A stretch of DNA of 16,817 bases, from positions 1-16,817 of the forward strand of contig JAZAHK010000021.1 in assembly GCA_036231405.1 (NCBI GenBank). The letters are read 5' to 3'. Positions 15,692 through 16,817 of this stretch are shown here, in pieces. Origin of the DNA: Nitrospinota bacterium. Its GTDB lineage: Bacteria > UBA8248. The notes below the pieces were generated by a model. The model did no database searches. It was not told the DNA's origin and was given only the letters and a program-made list of their open reading frames with translations. Every line of letters starts with the position of its first letter. Position 1 is the first letter of the stretch. A program made the translations under genes and the position numbers.

Positions 15692-16817
15692 TTAACCTTC
15701 GCGAAAACGGGCATCGTTAGATTCAACTCTTATAATTGAATATTCAGTATTAACAACTTTCAGTTTCATGATATTCATTAATGATTCGCTCATATCTTTT
15801 TCAATTGCCTTATGTGTCATGATTATTAACGGAACGTAACCTTCAGTTAAAGCTTTTCCTTTCTGCAATACTGTCTCAATACTTATATTTTTTTCACTGA
15901 ACAAGCCTGTAATTTCACTAAGCACCCCAGGACTATCTAAAACAGAAAGTCTGAGATAGAACTTTGTAGAGTTCAACTCACTATCCAAAACCTTTAAGGT
16001 CTTTCTGTAGTTTGGTAAAAAAGATGCAGCAGGCACTCTGGAGTTAGTGCCCAAAAGCTTATTTCTAGCCAATTCTATAATATCTGAAACGACGGCACTT
16101 GCAGTCGGGTCCGCACCTGCACCTCTACCAATGAAGACTTGACGTCCTGCATAAGCAGCAGTGACACTAACCGCATTTAAAACCCCGTTTACCTGGGCAA
16201 TAGGATTTTCATTTGGTAATAAAGCAGGGTGAACCCTTACATCCAACCCTTGTTCTGTTTCTTTTGCAATAGCAATGAGTTTAATCCTATAACCCAATTC
16301 AGTTGCATATTGAATATCAAAAGAATCAATATTTCTAATACCTTCAACAGTAAAAGAATCAATGCCAACTGGACTGCCAAAAGCGATATTCGCAAGAATA
16401 GCAATTTTATGAGCAGAATCTATCCCATCTATATCAAACGACGGGTCAGCTTCCGCATAACCTAATTTCTGAGCGTTCTCTAAAGTTGACGAAAAGTCCA
16501 CGTTATTTTCGGTCATTTCAGTCAGAATATAATTTGATGTCCCATTTAAAATTCCAGTAATTTCTCTGATTTTGTCTGAGGCAAATGATTCACGAATATT
16601 TCTTACAATTGGAATAGAACCAGCAATAGAAGCCTCAAATCCAATTGGGCAATCTGCTTTTACAGATGCACTAAAGATTTCCTCACCGTGCACTGCAAGA
16701 ACTGCTTTATTAGCAGTAACGACTGGTTTTCTAAAATCAAAACATTTAAGTAAATATTTTCTAGCATCCTCTAATCCACCAATCAATTCTGCGACTATGT
16801 CAATGTTGGGATCTTCT
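15692..16817 (-). CDS. hom: Homoserine dehydrogenase with C-terminal ACT domain, 5' end outside the window
   Basis: Frame is open to the window edge (EDPNIDIVAELIGG), so 16786 is not the true start. VVTANKA, FEASIAGSIP, GILNGTSNYIL, LGYAEADPSFDIDGIDSAHK and GRGAGADPTASAVVSDI motifs; ACT domain begins YLRLSVLDSPGVLSEI. Confidence 0.98.
   Translation of the reverse strand, partial: EDPNIDIVAELIGGLEDARKYLLKCFDFRKPVVTANKAVLAVHGEEIFSASVKADCPIGFEASIAGSIPIVRNIRESFASDKIREITGILNGTSNYILTEMTENNVDFSSTLENAQKLGYAEADPSFDIDGIDSAHKIAILANIAFGSPVGIDSFTVEGIRNIDSFDIQYATELGYRIKLIAIAKETEQGLDVRVHPALLPNENPIAQVNGVLNAVSVTAAYAGRQVFIGRGAGADPTASAVVSDIIELARNKLLGTNSRVPAASFLPNYRKTLKVLDSELNSTKFYLRLSVLDSPGVLSEITGLFSEKNISIETVLQKGKALTEGYVPLIIMTHKAIEKDMSESLMNIMKLKVVNTEYSIIRVESNDARFREG

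Noticed and set aside
2789-16465. Other short 60-110 aa ORFs in the track (for example 4808-5137, 13579-13911, 14395-14595, 14730-15014, 15165-15467, 11017-11211)
   Set aside because: All lie within or antisense to well-supported genes and have no motifs. The ones over the apgM-like gene do not supply its missing catalytic motifs, so I see no sign that a frameshift explains the degeneracy.
16784-16786. TTG called as the hom start
   Set aside because: Internal Leu of the ELIGG motif; the frame stays open to the window edge and the N-terminal Rossmann motif lies outside.
1-16817. CRISPR arrays, tRNA/rRNA, IS elements, inteins, recoded stop codons
   Set aside because: No repeat arrays or room for RNA genes were seen; protein lengths leave no room for inteins; TGA, TAG and TAA all act as stops at expected gene ends.

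Overview
AT-rich (roughly one-third GC by eye), very compact housekeeping region of a diderm bacterium using the standard code. Almost everything lies on the minus strand as one tightly packed run: hom (5'-truncated) - degenerate apgM-like gene - lysC - glyQ - glyS - ppdK - ribD - ribE - ribB/ribA-like fusion - ribH - nusB - lptE - holA. This run converges on rpsT (+), which is divergent from murJ (-, 3'-truncated, absent from the ORF track). I found no RNA genes, mobile elements, CRISPR arrays or riboswitches. The most notable signals are two apparent pseudoenzymes kept as intact ORFs: a full-length ApgM / proposed-homoserine-kinase homolog between hom and lysC that lacks essentially every catalytic residue, and a Zn-ligand-less GTP cyclohydrolase II-like domain fused to RibB (RibBX type). 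There is also a possible relocated internal start for the aspartate kinase beta subunit, and thrC, leuS and nrdR are absent from positions where they are often found. All family assignments come from motif recognition by eye; no searches were run.
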